Assembly: GCA_963832745.1 (NCBI GenBank)
Contig: CAWHVC010000003.1
Span: forward strand, 704,001 to 768,000
Direction of reading: 5' to 3'
Length of the DNA: 64,000 bases
DNA from: Candidatus Bathyarchaeota archaeon
GTDB lineage: Archaea > Thermoproteota > Bathyarchaeia > Bathyarchaeales > Bathycorpusculaceae
The position numbers and the translations under genes were made by a program. The stretch's first letter is position 1. Every line of letters begins with the position of its first letter. The notes under the pieces were generated by a model. It searched no databases and was not told the DNA's origin. It saw nothing but the letters and a program-made list of their open reading frames with translations. This document shows, one piece after another, positions 40,339 through 51,114 of the stretch.

Positions 40339-41505
40339 TTAGCTCCTAGGTGCAATGAATGCTTCTACGCCATATTGGTCAAGCGTGAAAATTTGTTGGT
40401 CACTCAATATTGAGTTATATAGATACCCATCTGTAGTCTTGGTTACTTCTACGTGCTTTAGGTCTGTCACTGTTGAATACGTGTAGGCATAGTTGGTTGT
40501 TCTAGTTTCATATTCTTCAATGTGGCTCGATACTGAAGTATACAAAGTGATTTTTCCTTCTGCCATAGATTCGAGACCTGCATTTGCTCCGACATGCCAC
40601 GTACCTTTTAGATGTATCAGTCTTGATTCATTAGGTTGCCAAACATTGTTAAAGCCGCCTTCGCCTGCCCATATATATTTAAGTGGAACCATAACTGTGT
40701 CGTCTACAGGGGGATGTTCATTGTTGAATTCTGTCTGGTTGGCATAGTGACCCCACATTTCTTTTTCAAAGATGACCTTTTGCATTAGCATAATGTCAGT
40801 TGCCACTGTGTATGGTTGAGTACTATCTACTCGAACTCTTCCTGTGACATCAACCCAAGTCCCGTTGACACAGATGTACTGTGTTGAAGTAATGTTCAGT
40901 CCTGAATCAGTTGGGTAGACATCATGTTTTTCATAAACATGTACTCCTTCAATCCATGTACCGTTTGTCTGCGCTTCTTCTGGCAAAGATGGAACTGTCT
41001 TTGTTATGTTGTTATACGAGTAGGGAAACATTGGCCATTGACCGTCTGGAAGCCATGTTACGTTTAACCATTCATTATCAAGCCATACACCTTCGACAAA
41101 ACCGCTTCCCCCTCCGCTTGTATGTCCTCCACCAGAGGAACCAGACATTCCACCGGCTAAAGAGGGCACAACAGAGACATTAGTGGATGTCACAAAGTCG
41201 ATTAGGCCTATCGCTGCTGGATACTCAGAGTGGTTGGTTACGTTTAAGACGATGTCGTAGTTGACTATTGATAGTGGTATCCCTCCTGAAGAAAAGTTAC
41301 TTGCGTGTTCCTGCACCGTATATTTTGCGTAAGCTGTGTCGACGGTAAAGTCTGCTTTAGGTCCCTGTAGCATTCTTGGGAAGGGCACTATATTTAGTTC
41401 TGCTACAAGTAGGGGTGATGCTGCTGCGATTCCGATTGAAAGCGAAAGAATTGCGCATATGATTATTGTTGGTGTTGTTTTCATGTTTTTCACTGCTGTT
41501 TTCAT
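40339..41505 (-). CDS. Secreted hypothetical protein
   Basis: Signal/anchor helix, Gly-Ser linker, many N-x-S/T sequons. Confidence 0.75.
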   Translation of the reverse strand: MKTAVKNMKTTPTIIICAILSLSIGIAAASPLLVAELNIVPFPRMLQGPKADFTVDTAYAKYTVQEHASNFSSGGIPLSIVNYDIVLNVTNHSEYPAAIGLIDFVTSTNVSVVPSLAGGMSGSSGGGHTSGGGSGFVEGVWLDNEWLNVTWLPDGQWPMFPYSYNNITKTVPSLPEEAQTNGTWIEGVHVYEKHDVYPTDSGLNITSTQYICVNGTWVDVTGRVRVDSTQPYTVATDIMLMQKVIFEKEMWGHYANQTEFNNEHPPVDDTVMVPLKYIWAGEGGFNNVWQPNESRLIHLKGTWHVGANAGLESMAEGKITLYTSVSSHIEEYETRTTNYAYTYSTVTDLKHVEVTKTTDGYLYNSILSDQQIFTLDQYGVEAFIAPRS

Positions 41506-41587
41506 GGTTGTAAGCGTGATTTAGCTCTGCTTACGGAACAAGCCCGTTCCAAACTGGAACACACGCTCTTCTCTTATCAAACTTATT

Positions 41588-42220
41588 TTATTCTCTGGTT
41601 AGTATTGGCTTGATAAGTGCATCCGCATTTACTGCTAAATCAACAGCTTCCTGGAGTGTTGCTTCGTCAGGCGGTGAAGGCCCAAAATACCAAAATGGTG
41701 CTCCATCATTGGTAACCGATGTGTAATTTGTTATTTTGCAATAGGCTTCGTAAATTTTTGGTCCAATTTGTCTAATATTGAACTCTACGGTGTAACTGGC
41801 TTGTCTATCTAACTCTAAAGCTTGTGTAGAGTTAAGAACCCTTCATCCATCAAGAAGTTTTCAATTTTGCTTAATTTAACCCAATTAGTTTTGTCTAAAT
41901 TTTCCAATTCTTCTAAAGACCTTAACGCATATTCAATTTCTCTGTCTCCAGAATGGTCATTTTCTAAAGTGGTTACATATGCTGCTCCATGTGGTTCCTA
42001 AAATCTTAGATTTATCAATCATTGCAACCCAACTCTTACGTGTATTAACCCTATCAACTGCCCAAACAAACGATGAAACAGCTACAACCGCTATAAGTAG
42101 GATGGCAACGATTTTTTTGCGGCTTACTTGATAATTTTTGTTAAACCAGGATGGTTTTGCTTGTTTAATGTTGCCTGTTGCTCTTGCAAGGTGGTTAAAC
42201 ATTTTAGTTCTGTTTCTCAT
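41588..42220 (-). pseudogene. Membrane-anchored hypothetical protein, frameshifted as assembled
   Basis: N-terminal TM ORF 41957-42220 appears to continue in other frames to PFWYFGPSPPDEATLQEA...RE-stop at 41588. Confidence 0.5.
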
Positions 42221-42342
42221 TAGGTTGGGGCTTGCTTAAAAATTGTTGTTTTATCCTTAGGTTTTGTCTTTTACGTGTTACAATCCTATTTATAGTCTGA
42301 CAAATCATTACTTGTGCGTTTTCAAACAGGGGGAACCATGGC

Positions 42343-43006
42343 ATGTTGGTTACAGTTCAAGCAGAAGAAATGCTCAATATTCTTAGGCAAAAAGTAGCTG
42401 TGCCCAGCCTCGTTAAAGCCAAAAGCGACCCCTTTGAAACCTTAATCGTTACAATAATTTCGCAGAATACTGCCGACAAAAACACTGACCTCGCTTTTAC
42501 ACGGTTGAAACAGCGTTTCCAAATCACGCCTAAAACCCTCGCAGAAGCGCACAACCACGCAGATTGAGGAATGCATAAAACCGGCAGGACTCTACAAGGG
42601 CAAAACATGCGCAATCCAAACAGCTTCAAAGATAATCCAAGAAAAATATGGCGGTTCCCTGAGCCCCGTTTTGGTGTTGCCGCTTGAAGAAGCAAGAAAA
42701 ACTCTCATCGCGATGCCGGGTGTTGGACCTAAAACCGCGGATGTTGTGCTGCTTTTCAGTGCCCAGAAACCCACAATACCCGTGGATACGCATGTTAATC
42801 GTGTGTCTAAACGTTTAGGCATCGCGCTTAAAAACGGTGATTACGAAGCAGTTCGCTTGAACTTGCAAAAACTGTTTTCAGAACAGGACTACTTGGCGGT
42901 TCATCAACTTTTTATTGGGCTTGGACGCCAATTTTGTAAAGCTTCAAAACCTCTTTGCAATGATTGCCCAATAAGCAGTTACTGTGAAACAAAGGGGGCG
43001 CTTTAA
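42343..43006 (+). CDS. nth: Endonuclease III (frameshift near 42550)
   Basis: IISQNTAD, HhH MPGVGPKTAD, VDTHV, CxxxxxxCxxCxxxxxC FeS motif. Confidence 0.9.
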
Positions 43007-43032
43007 GCATAGTTACGCTTCCGCCTGAAGTA

Positions 43033-44949
43033 ATGGAGTACTTCCCTTACCCGGAAGTGCGTATTCATCAAGACCAATTCATAAGCACCATCCACACTGC
43101 TGTTAAAAACCGGCAATCCGTGCTTATCGAAGGCAGCAACGGCTTAGGAAAAACGATTTCTTCACTTGCAGCTTGTTTACCTATTGCAGTTGAGAAGAAC
43201 CTAAAAATCCTCTACGTCGCCAGAACACACAGGCAGCATGAACGCGTAATTGACGAGTTGCGCATGATTTACAAAAAGCACCCCATCAGCGGCATATCCA
43301 TCAAGGGGCGAAACGAAATGTGCCTAAACGCGTTTGCAGCCAACGGCGCTTTCGACTCCAAATCATTAATGGAAATGTGTGACCTGCTCAAAGCCAAAGG
43401 ACGCTGCCCCTTCTACAAGAATGTGGACATGCAAACTTACGATTACCTTCAACTCATCAAGCAGCTGGCGGTGAAACCGTATACGGCAACGGAGATTCAG
43501 CAAGTCTGTAAAAAGAAGGAACTCTGCCCCTACGAACTCGTTAAAGCTGCGCTTACGGACATCAAAGTTATTGCGTTAAGTTACCTTTATGCTTTTGACC
43601 CCTCTATCCGCAACGCCTTTCTAAAACACATTAACACTGACCTTTCAAAATGCATCCTCGTAGTGGATGAAGCCCATAACCTGCCAGAAACGGCGATCGA
43701 TATTTCCAGCAGCAACTTGTCGCTTTTCGTGCTTAGGCAGGCTGAATTGGAAGCTAACCATTACGGCAACAAAGACATCGAACAGTTCGCTCATTTCTTC
43801 CGAGACGAACTCGAGCAACTCACCGATAAAATCAATCGCGAAGAAATAATCAGTCCAGACAAAATTATTGACATAATCCAAAAACAAGGCGTCACTAACC
43901 CACGCAACTTTTTCGAACACATGCACGAAGTCGGCGCTGGAATAAGACGCAACCTGCTTGCAGAAGGCAAAAACCCTCGAAGCTACGTAAATTCTATGTC
44001 TGATTTCCTGCTTCATTGGCTTGAAACCTGTGACGACAGCTCATACATTAACGTGGCAAGTCGTTACTACACGGAGAAAAGTCAGAAAACCGCTAAACTC
44101 GAAATCGTAGCACTTGACCCCTCCAAAATCACCGAACCTGTCTTCTCCGCAACATACGCCAACGTAATCATGTCTGGTACACTGCAGCCCCTTGACGCGT
44201 ACCTGAAAATTACAAAGCTACCAAAAAACGCTGCACAATTCATCGCCCCTTCACCATTCCCCAAAGAACACATTTTCTCAGCCGTCTGCTACGGAGTTAC
44301 GACAGCGATGGAAAAAAGAACTCCCAGCATGTACAAAACCATCATTAAACGCATAGCTGAAGTAGTGGAAAACACGCCCAAAAACGCGGGCGTTTTTGTA
44401 GCTTCTTTTGATGTTATGAAATCGCTACTCAACGAGGGTTTGGCTTTAGTCTTAGATAGGCCACTTTATCATGAAGAAAGAGGCATGAGTTCTAAACAAA
44501 ATGAGAAACTTGTTTCTGACTTTAAAGCGTGCGGAAGCAAGATGGGCGCGGTTTTCTTAGGTGTGCTGGGTGGCAGAACCTCGGAAGGTGTAGATTTTCC
44601 AGGAGACCAAATGAACTCTGTTATAGTTGTTGGTGTGCCGTATGCTGAACCAACGCCCCGTGTCAAAGCGCAGATTGATTATTACGAAAAATGCTTTCCC
44701 AGATACGGACGTGAATACGGTTACGTGCTGCCCGCAATGAAGAAGGCTTCTCAAGCTGCGGGTAGACCAGTCCGCACTCTTGATGACAAGGGTGCAATCG
44801 TCTTTTTGGATTCACGTTACTCAACAGGTTACTGCAGAAATTTCTTGCCGTATTGGGTAAACAATGGCATGAAAATGTTGCCTGACCAAGATGGGGTCTT
44901 AGCAAAAGAAGTAAAGACTTTTTTTAGCCTTACAAAGGCTCCTCTTTAA
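43033..44949 (+). CDS. xpd: XPD/Rad3 FeS DNA helicase
   Basis: GSNGLGKT, FeS cysteines, DEAH, SGTL, SEGVDF, QAAGRPVR. Confidence 0.92.
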   Translation: MEYFPYPEVRIHQDQFISTIHTAVKNRQSVLIEGSNGLGKTISSLAACLPIAVEKNLKILYVARTHRQHERVIDELRMIYKKHPISGISIKGRNEMCLNAFAANGAFDSKSLMEMCDLLKAKGRCPFYKNVDMQTYDYLQLIKQLAVKPYTATEIQQVCKKKELCPYELVKAALTDIKVIALSYLYAFDPSIRNAFLKHINTDLSKCILVVDEAHNLPETAIDISSSNLSLFVLRQAELEANHYGNKDIEQFAHFFRDELEQLTDKINREEIISPDKIIDIIQKQGVTNPRNFFEHMHEVGAGIRRNLLAEGKNPRSYVNSMSDFLLHWLETCDDSSYINVASRYYTEKSQKTAKLEIVALDPSKITEPVFSATYANVIMSGTLQPLDAYLKITKLPKNAAQFIAPSPFPKEHIFSAVCYGVTTAMEKRTPSMYKTIIKRIAEVVENTPKNAGVFVASFDVMKSLLNEGLALVLDRPLYHEERGMSSKQNEKLVSDFKACGSKMGAVFLGVLGGRTSEGVDFPGDQMNSVIVVGVPYAEPTPRVKAQIDYYEKCFPRYGREYGYVLPAMKKASQAAGRPVRTLDDKGAIVFLDSRYSTGYCRNFLPYWVNNGMKMLPDQDGVLAKEVKTFFSLTKAPL

Positions 44950-46021
44950 GTTCAGGATCCAACTTGATTTTGCCTATTGCAATACTTGCTGGTTTACTTC
45001 GTACTGGAGTAAGCACCTTCATGATTCGTCGGGCACGGTTAAACTCAAGCAGGATACCGATTCCAAGAAAACGTTTTCTTGAATTACGCAAACCAACAAG
45101 GATTCCTTTTTCTTTGCCTTGCTCTTTTGGAATAACCTGTTTCTCTTGGATTTCCATGTAACTAGCGAATAGTGAACGTACTTTAGCGTCTTTGAGGTAT
45201 TTTGCGTAGTTTAGTTCCCGTAGTTTTGTTCGTTTTTCTGGGGTGCGTTCGTTAACGGCTACTGATGATTCTACGGAACGTGTTGGAACCGTGATTATGC
45301 TGGAAAGCAACGGTTTCAGTTCTTCTTGGATTTGAATGCCAATAACTATGTCAGGTTTTAGTTGATTAATCAGCTGTAATTTGTAGCCAACCGCGGTTTC
45401 GCCTTCTACCCATCCGTCAGTGTTAATAATGAGGTATTCGGCTTCTGTTTTCTGCATGATTTCCCTGTACATTGTGACTAAGCCTTCGACTGTTCTGGCT
45501 ACTGCTTGAACCGGTGAGGTAACTCCGACAAAGAACGCGTTAGAAACCTTTAACTCAGAAAGTTCAGTGACTCGTTTAGCAGTGTACCCGTAAGCAACCG
45601 TACATGGTGGACCAATATCTGCCTGACCTAAGTCTCCGTCCAGAACCGCCACTCTAACTTTTCCATCAATAAGCCTGTTAACTAGGTAGGTGCTAAAACT
45701 GCTTTTTCCCGAGTCAGCTTTGCCTACAATCATAATGACTGCCGGCTTGTTTTGTATGGTAGTGACTGCTTGAAGCGGTTCACTCCATGACGTCGGAATT
45801 GTGGATGTTTCAGTTTCCTGTACTGCCGCATTTGCTCCCAGCGAAATATGAAACTCAGTGTTTTCCAAGACGTGGAATGGTTGCCTTTTTCCTTCACGTA
45901 CGATGGCTTGCTGGGTTTCTTTTATCATGTAGCCGAAGACTTCCGCTTTGCCCGAAAGGACTTTCACAGATGCCGGACCATTTACTAGTAAGGTTTTGCC
46001 TGCTTCAACTGTTTGCTTCAT
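44930..46021 (-). CDS. Clp1/Nol9-family polynucleotide 5'-kinase
   Basis: GKADSGKS, DGDLGQADIGPP, INTDGW. Confidence 0.88.
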   Translation of the reverse strand: MKQTVEAGKTLLVNGPASVKVLSGKAEVFGYMIKETQQAIVREGKRQPFHVLENTEFHISLGANAAVQETETSTIPTSWSEPLQAVTTIQNKPAVIMIVGKADSGKSSFSTYLVNRLIDGKVRVAVLDGDLGQADIGPPCTVAYGYTAKRVTELSELKVSNAFFVGVTSPVQAVARTVEGLVTMYREIMQKTEAEYLIINTDGWVEGETAVGYKLQLINQLKPDIVIGIQIQEELKPLLSSIITVPTRSVESSVAVNERTPEKRTKLRELNYAKYLKDAKVRSLFASYMEIQEKQVIPKEQGKEKGILVGLRNSRKRFLGIGILLEFNRARRIMKVLTPVRSKPASIAIGKIKLDPELKEEPL

Positions 46022-46655
46022 TTTTTTCTTTCCTCTTTCTTCTTTGGTAAATGTAGCCTACTCTTGCTGCTATTCTCGTGGCTGAAGTTATATGTCTTAA
46101 GCCTCGGCTGCGTTTGCTTAACGGCAAATTTGTTCCCGCTTCGCTGACCACTTCTAAGACAACCTTTGGCGGCAGTGTGTTATCCAACGCTTCACTTAAC
46201 TCCTTGTAAGCTGGCACTCCATTTCCAATTTTGATTTTAACGTTTGTAGCTGATAAGTTAACGTTTTTTAATATACTTTTTATTTTATTATTTATTTCTC
46301 GTATGCTTAAACAGTTTGCCTTGTCAACTACTTTTCCGTCGGCAATTACTGCTAACCCGGTTACTTCGCCGGGGTCAATACCGATAACTATTTTCTCGTA
46401 GCGTTCTTTTCCCTGTAGATTAATTGTTACTGTGTTCCTTAAACTATCTAGTTCATCCTCTGACGTGAACGTTAGAATTTTGCTGCACCTTATTTTGGGT
46501 TTCTCTTCCGTTGTTGTTATTACTATTTTCACTTCTACAGGAATAGGGTCACCGGGCTTTAGGCTGAAAAACGGTATATTGTTATCCTTGAGTAAATTTA
46601 CGATGTGAAAGTACGCTTTTCCTTGTACTGTAGCAACTGCAACTTTTGCTCTCAT
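46005..46655 (-). CDS. RNase H-fold (YqgF/RuvC-like) protein
   Basis: IVIGIDPGEVTGLA, KIGNG, VSEAGT. Confidence 0.65.
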   Translation of the reverse strand: MRAKVAVATVQGKAYFHIVNLLKDNNIPFFSLKPGDPIPVEVKIVITTTEEKPKIRCSKILTFTSEDELDSLRNTVTINLQGKERYEKIVIGIDPGEVTGLAVIADGKVVDKANCLSIREINNKIKSILKNVNLSATNVKIKIGNGVPAYKELSEALDNTLPPKVVLEVVSEAGTNLPLSKRSRGLRHITSATRIAARVGYIYQRRKRKEKNEANS

Positions 46656-46733
46656 CCAGCCTACCTAATAGTAATTTTTAAGCGTAAAACACATTATTAA
46701 ATCGGCAGTTAATAATCTTGATGTGCATTCCCA

Positions 46734-47444
46734 GTGACTGGCATAAAAAAAATCTTAACAGGCATAGGCTGCATAGACAATAGCTTAGACGGGGGCATCA
46801 GCCCTGAAACAATCACGTTAATCTATGGTGAACCTGAAACCGGAAAAAGCACGCTTTCAGTGCAGTGCGCTTTTAACTGTGCAATGCAAGAACTAAAAAC
46901 GCTTTATGTTGATTGCGATAACACTTTTTCTTCAAAAAGACTTTCACAGATTGCAGCGGGTAAATTTGATGAAATAGCTGATAGAATAATTCTTGTTAAA
47001 CCCTTAGACTTCAAAGAACAAACCGCTGTAATAGACCGTATAGGCGATTATGTAACTAAAAATTTTGGGTTAATTGTTGTTGATACTATAAATTCGCTCT
47101 ACGGCGCCAAAATTGCTGAATCTTCAAGTAAAGCCAAAGCTTTTAGTGTAAATCGGGAGTTAAACAGGCAAATGGCTATTTTAGCCCAAACAGCAAAAAT
47201 CCAGAAAATCCCAATCATAATAACCAGTCAAGTAAGAAGCATGTTCAGCGATCCATCAGGCAGCGTTAAACCAGCCGCTAATCGTGTACTAACTTTTTGG
47301 GCTGACAACATTATATCTCTTAAACCGACCGAAACAAAAACAATCAAAGTCATAATAGAGAAAAATCAAGCAAAAATGGTACATGTTAACTGTTATGTAC
47401 AAATAGGTGAAAGAGGCATATCTGAAGCTGAATTCCGTGAATAA
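46734..47444 (+). CDS. radB: RadB-like RecA-family ATPase
   Basis: GEPETGKS, LIVVDT, ITSQVR; no RadA N-terminal domain; KHR motif not conserved. Confidence 0.75.
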   Translation: MTGIKKILTGIGCIDNSLDGGISPETITLIYGEPETGKSTLSVQCAFNCAMQELKTLYVDCDNTFSSKRLSQIAAGKFDEIADRIILVKPLDFKEQTAVIDRIGDYVTKNFGLIVVDTINSLYGAKIAESSSKAKAFSVNRELNRQMAILAQTAKIQKIPIIITSQVRSMFSDPSGSVKPAANRVLTFWADNIISLKPTETKTIKVIIEKNQAKMVHVNCYVQIGERGISEAEFRE

Positions 47445-47450
47445 AATAGT

Positions 47451-47957
47451 TTGGTCGAAGCCATGGATATAGCTCAACTAATCGTTCAAGCTCTCATATT
47501 CATTTTTCCCGCCTACTGCGCAAACGGTACCCCCGTTCTTGCCGGTGGAGGCACCAAAATTGATTTCGGCAAAAACTTTATCGACGGCAAAAGATTATTT
47601 GGCAACAATAAAACCTTCCGGGGCTTCTTCTTTGGTTGGGCAGTAGGTTTAAGCGTTGGACTTGTCGAATGCTACTTTTTTGGTTTTCCAATTTTGTTTG
47701 CGGTGCTTACACCTTTTGGAGCACTTTTAGGTGATTTAACAGCTGCTTTTCTTAAAAGAAGATTAAACATTGCTCCAGGTGGTATGCTTCCTGTTGTTGA
47801 CCAGATTGATTTTGTTGTTGGCGCAATCTTGTTTTCGCTCCCGCTTTCTTTGATAAACTGGGAAATTGCGCTTACCGCGTTGCTGATTACCCCGCCGATT
47901 CATTTGTTCACTAACTTTTGTGCTTACAAACTGAAACTTAAGAAGCATCCATGGTAA
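47451..47957 (+). CDS. carS: CDP-archaeol synthase
   Basis: PAYCANG, DGKRLFGNNKTFRG, GDLTAAFLKRRL, DQIDF. Confidence 0.92.
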   Translation: MVEAMDIAQLIVQALIFIFPAYCANGTPVLAGGGTKIDFGKNFIDGKRLFGNNKTFRGFFFGWAVGLSVGLVECYFFGFPILFAVLTPFGALLGDLTAAFLKRRLNIAPGGMLPVVDQIDFVVGAILFSLPLSLINWEIALTALLITPPIHLFTNFCAYKLKLKKHPW

Positions 47958-48047
47958 CATGGTTGCATTCAAGCAAGAAATAACTTTATATTATTTTTTA
48001 AAAACTGATTTGATTTAAAAGTAAAAGATAACAAAAAGTGGGGATTT

Positions 48048-48509
48048 TTATTGAATCCCGTTCACCTTGAAGCTAATTGCGCCCTCAAGGAATATGTATG
48101 ATAACAGTACAAGGCTAACGCCGATAATCATCAGCATATATGCTTGTCTTGGTTTATTGGCGTTCTTAGTGCTTTTGTAAACTGATAGTAAGCCAATAAA
48201 TCCCATGAGGTATAGCATCATGGACACGACTGTATCCGAGATAAACTGATTGCTAATATCTGGATACAAGAAGTAAAATTTGTTATTGTAATATAACGAG
48301 GGTAAAATGCCTTCACTTGTAATAGAGAATAAACCACCTGCAAACATGAATAACGCGTAACCAATGAAAACAACTGTTATGATAAAGGTGGATGGGTGGG
48401 TTGATAAGGCTTTTTTGAACCATTTGCTAAGTGAAAATGACAGCGACGACTGAGTGGAGGTGGGTGCTGGTTTCTGTTTTATTTGCGGTTTCTTATTTTT
48501 CTTTGACAT
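48048..48509 (-). CDS. OSTC/DC2-like (OST3/OST6 family) three-TM membrane protein
   Basis: FMFAGGLF...FLY...NQFISD...LYLMGFIGL...IGVSLVLLSY parallels the recalled eukaryotic OSTC pattern; aglB is 3 kb away. Confidence 0.6.
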   Translation of the reverse strand: MSKKNKKPQIKQKPAPTSTQSSLSFSLSKWFKKALSTHPSTFIITVVFIGYALFMFAGGLFSITSEGILPSLYYNNKFYFLYPDISNQFISDTVVSMMLYLMGFIGLLSVYKSTKNANKPRQAYMLMIIGVSLVLLSYIFLEGAISFKVNGIQ

Positions 48510-48723
48510 TTCTACTCTCGTCCTCAATTAGATGCTTTGCTACTTCTTTAGCCCATACTCCAGTTAATGAATTTTTCGAAATCTCAACCAAATAATCATC
48601 CCAAGAAACCTCAGACGCTTTCTTCCACACCTCAAATTTATCCAAAATATTCTGGTAAGCCTTAAAATGCAGGCTACAGTAACCGTTTTCTTTGACGGGT
48701 CGGCTACAGATTTTGCAACTCAT
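48493..48723 (-). CDS. Small Zn-binding protein
   Basis: CKIC...CSLH; ATGA overlap with the topA stop. Confidence 0.7.
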   Translation of the reverse strand: MSCKICSRPVKENGYCSLHFKAYQNILDKFEVWKKASEVSWDDYLVEISKNSLTGVWAKEVAKHLIEDESRNVKEK

Positions 48724-50801
48724 TGTTTTTTCTGCTCCTTAGACGGACAATTAGGATTAAGACACAAAACCCAAGGCTGCTTTGGGTTAATTAACACTTT
48801 AATCACGGGGTAACCGCAAGCTTTACAGGGCGTCGCTAAAGGTTTGATTGAGCCTTTTTGAGGCAACGGAAAAGACGTGCTGCATTTACCCTCAAAAAAG
48901 TTAGTGCAGCCGACAAAGCGTTTGCCAGTTTTTTTAGAGCGAATAATCATTAGTTTTCCTGTTTTGCATTTGGGGCATTTGCCTATGGTTCGTTCATCAA
49001 GGCGGGTTTGCTTAATTTTTTGCCCAAGTTGCGCTCCGATTTCTTTCTGGTTTTGTTTAAGTGCCAAAGTGACCGGTTTTAGGATTTCAATGGTGTCTTG
49101 AAGCACGTTCTGTTTGGTTTCCTGTTTTAGCTGGATTTGCTCCATTTTTTCTTCAAGATTTTTAGTCATTTCAGAAGAAACAACACTTGGGCAATAATTC
49201 CTAAGAACTTCTGTTACTTCAAAACCAAGGTCAGTGACACTCATGCTTTGTCCTCCTTCCAAATATTTGCGGTCGTAAAGCGTCTGAATTGTCGCTGCTC
49301 GGGTTGCTTTGGTGCCTATTTCTTCTTTTTCCATTTTCTTTAGCAGGCTTCGTGGATTATACCTTGAAGGTGGTTTGGTAAAATTGTTTTTTAGGGTAAC
49401 CTTTTTCACGACAACTTTTTGCCCTTCAAAAAGTAGCGGTAACGAAATGTCTTTAGAATGGACATAAGGCTTGTAATATTCCATCCAGCCTTCTTTTAAT
49501 GTGCGGTAACCGGTCATAGAAAATAGGTATCGGTTAATGTCTACTGAAATGTTGATGCTTTGTTTAAGGGCTGGTTCACCGAAAACAGCCAAAAACCGTT
49601 TAACAATCAGGTCGTAAATGTTCTTTTCAGCCGCATCCAATGCTTTTTCGGGCAGATTGCCTGTGGGGTAAATGGCTGGGTGGGCTGGGTCAAACTTGGC
49701 TCCTTCATTGGGTTTTAGTGTAGGTTGCGCTAAAAGTTTCTGTGCTAATCTTTGGTACAGCGGTGATTTGCCAAGTTTTCCAAGAATTGCCCTGTAACCG
49801 ATGGCTGCCGGCAGTTTTTGGCTGCTTGTTCTAGGATAAGAAATCAGGGCGCTAACGTAAAGATGCTGGGCAATGGTAGATGTGCGCATAGGTGTGTACT
49901 TAAAGAGACTGTAAGCTTCACTTTGAAGCGCACCCAAATCAAACGGCACCGGAGGATTCTGCTGAAACTCCTTTACATCGATTTTAGCAATTTGCCCTTC
50001 CTTGACTTTGCAGCCAGCGGCGACTGCATTTGCTTCAGCTTTAGTCTCAATAACTTTCTTTTCGTATTCTAAATCAAACGTGCGGTCTTCTATGCTTATT
50101 TTAGCTGTTAAGCTCCAAAACGGGGTTGGAACAAAAGACCGAATGTTTTTTTCCCGTATCTCTAAATACTTCAAAGTTGGACCCTGCACGCGACCCGTAC
50201 TCAAAGTAGCATACATGCCGCTGCTGTTTTTAGCCGCTAAAGTCAGGGCACGAGACAGATTTATCCCGTATAGCCAATCTACTTCATGTCTTGCCAGCCC
50301 CGCTTCGACAAGTGCAAAATCAATATGTGGCAACAAATTTGAATAGGATTCTCTAAGCTCTTCTCGGGTAAGTGTAGAGTATTTCATGCGTTTAGCCGTT
50401 TTTTCTTTGCCGCCGCAGGCATACCTGAGTATTGAGTAGCCTATTATGCTGCCTTCAATATCGTAGTCGCAGGCGTCAACGAATTCTTCAGCGTTTTCTG
50501 CCAGTTTAGAGAGCACTTTTAGCCATGTTCGAATTTTTGAGGCTCCTTTTTCAGCCATCCAACGTGGTACCCATTGATACTCAAAAACAGGATAGTCCCA
50601 TTCTCCTTTCTTGGTTCCAGCAACGGTGTACAAATGGCCAAGGGCTGATGCTACAATTATTTCTTTATCGCCATTTTTTGCTGCAAAAAAGGGTACGCCA
50701 TTATCGGTTTCCCGAGCAGTTTTGCCGTTTGTGTCTAACGCCGCTGCTATGCGGTTTGCTGCATCGGGTTTTTCTGATATGATTAACGTGTATTTTTTCA
50801 A
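48720..50801 (-). CDS. topA: Type IA DNA topoisomerase with C-terminal Zn ribbons
   Basis: SEKP, GHL, DYDIEG TOPRIM, GRVQGP, ISYPRT catalytic Tyr, AHPAI, GTKATR. Confidence 0.96.
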   Translation of the reverse strand: MKKYTLIISEKPDAANRIAAALDTNGKTARETDNGVPFFAAKNGDKEIIVASALGHLYTVAGTKKGEWDYPVFEYQWVPRWMAEKGASKIRTWLKVLSKLAENAEEFVDACDYDIEGSIIGYSILRYACGGKEKTAKRMKYSTLTREELRESYSNLLPHIDFALVEAGLARHEVDWLYGINLSRALTLAAKNSSGMYATLSTGRVQGPTLKYLEIREKNIRSFVPTPFWSLTAKISIEDRTFDLEYEKKVIETKAEANAVAAGCKVKEGQIAKIDVKEFQQNPPVPFDLGALQSEAYSLFKYTPMRTSTIAQHLYVSALISYPRTSSQKLPAAIGYRAILGKLGKSPLYQRLAQKLLAQPTLKPNEGAKFDPAHPAIYPTGNLPEKALDAAEKNIYDLIVKRFLAVFGEPALKQSINISVDINRYLFSMTGYRTLKEGWMEYYKPYVHSKDISLPLLFEGQKVVVKKVTLKNNFTKPPSRYNPRSLLKKMEKEEIGTKATRAATIQTLYDRKYLEGGQSMSVTDLGFEVTEVLRNYCPSVVSSEMTKNLEEKMEQIQLKQETKQNVLQDTIEILKPVTLALKQNQKEIGAQLGQKIKQTRLDERTIGKCPKCKTGKLMIIRSKKTGKRFVGCTNFFEGKCSTSFPLPQKGSIKPLATPCKACGYPVIKVLINPKQPWVLCLNPNCPSKEQKKQ

Positions 50802-50946
50802 AGGCGCCTAAACCCTGTTAATGATACCTTTCAATTTGAATCAGGAATTTAAACGAGTGGATGCTTTTTGTAAGTTGGCTGCTTAAAGTTTGCATATTTA
50901 GCAACCAATAAATAGCCCATGTCATGATATCTACAGGGGATTTGGG

Positions 50947-51114
50947 ATGCCACAACGTGTAATCTGCCATGGTTGCGGTCATATTTTGTATGAAGGGGTT
51001 GAACTTAAACCTCCAGATGAGGTTATTCAGCAATATAGCGGTAATTGTCCAAAATGCGGTAGAAAACTGTCACTTTTGCCTATGGAAGTCGAAGTTAAGC
51101 CCGTAAGCAAATAA
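50947..51114 (+). CDS. 55-aa zinc-ribbon protein (not in the ORF track)
   Basis: MPQRVICHGCGHILYEG...NCPKCGRKL; two CxxC motifs. Confidence 0.8.
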   Translation: MPQRVICHGCGHILYEGVELKPPDEVIQQYSGNCPKCGRKLSLLPMEVEVKPVSK

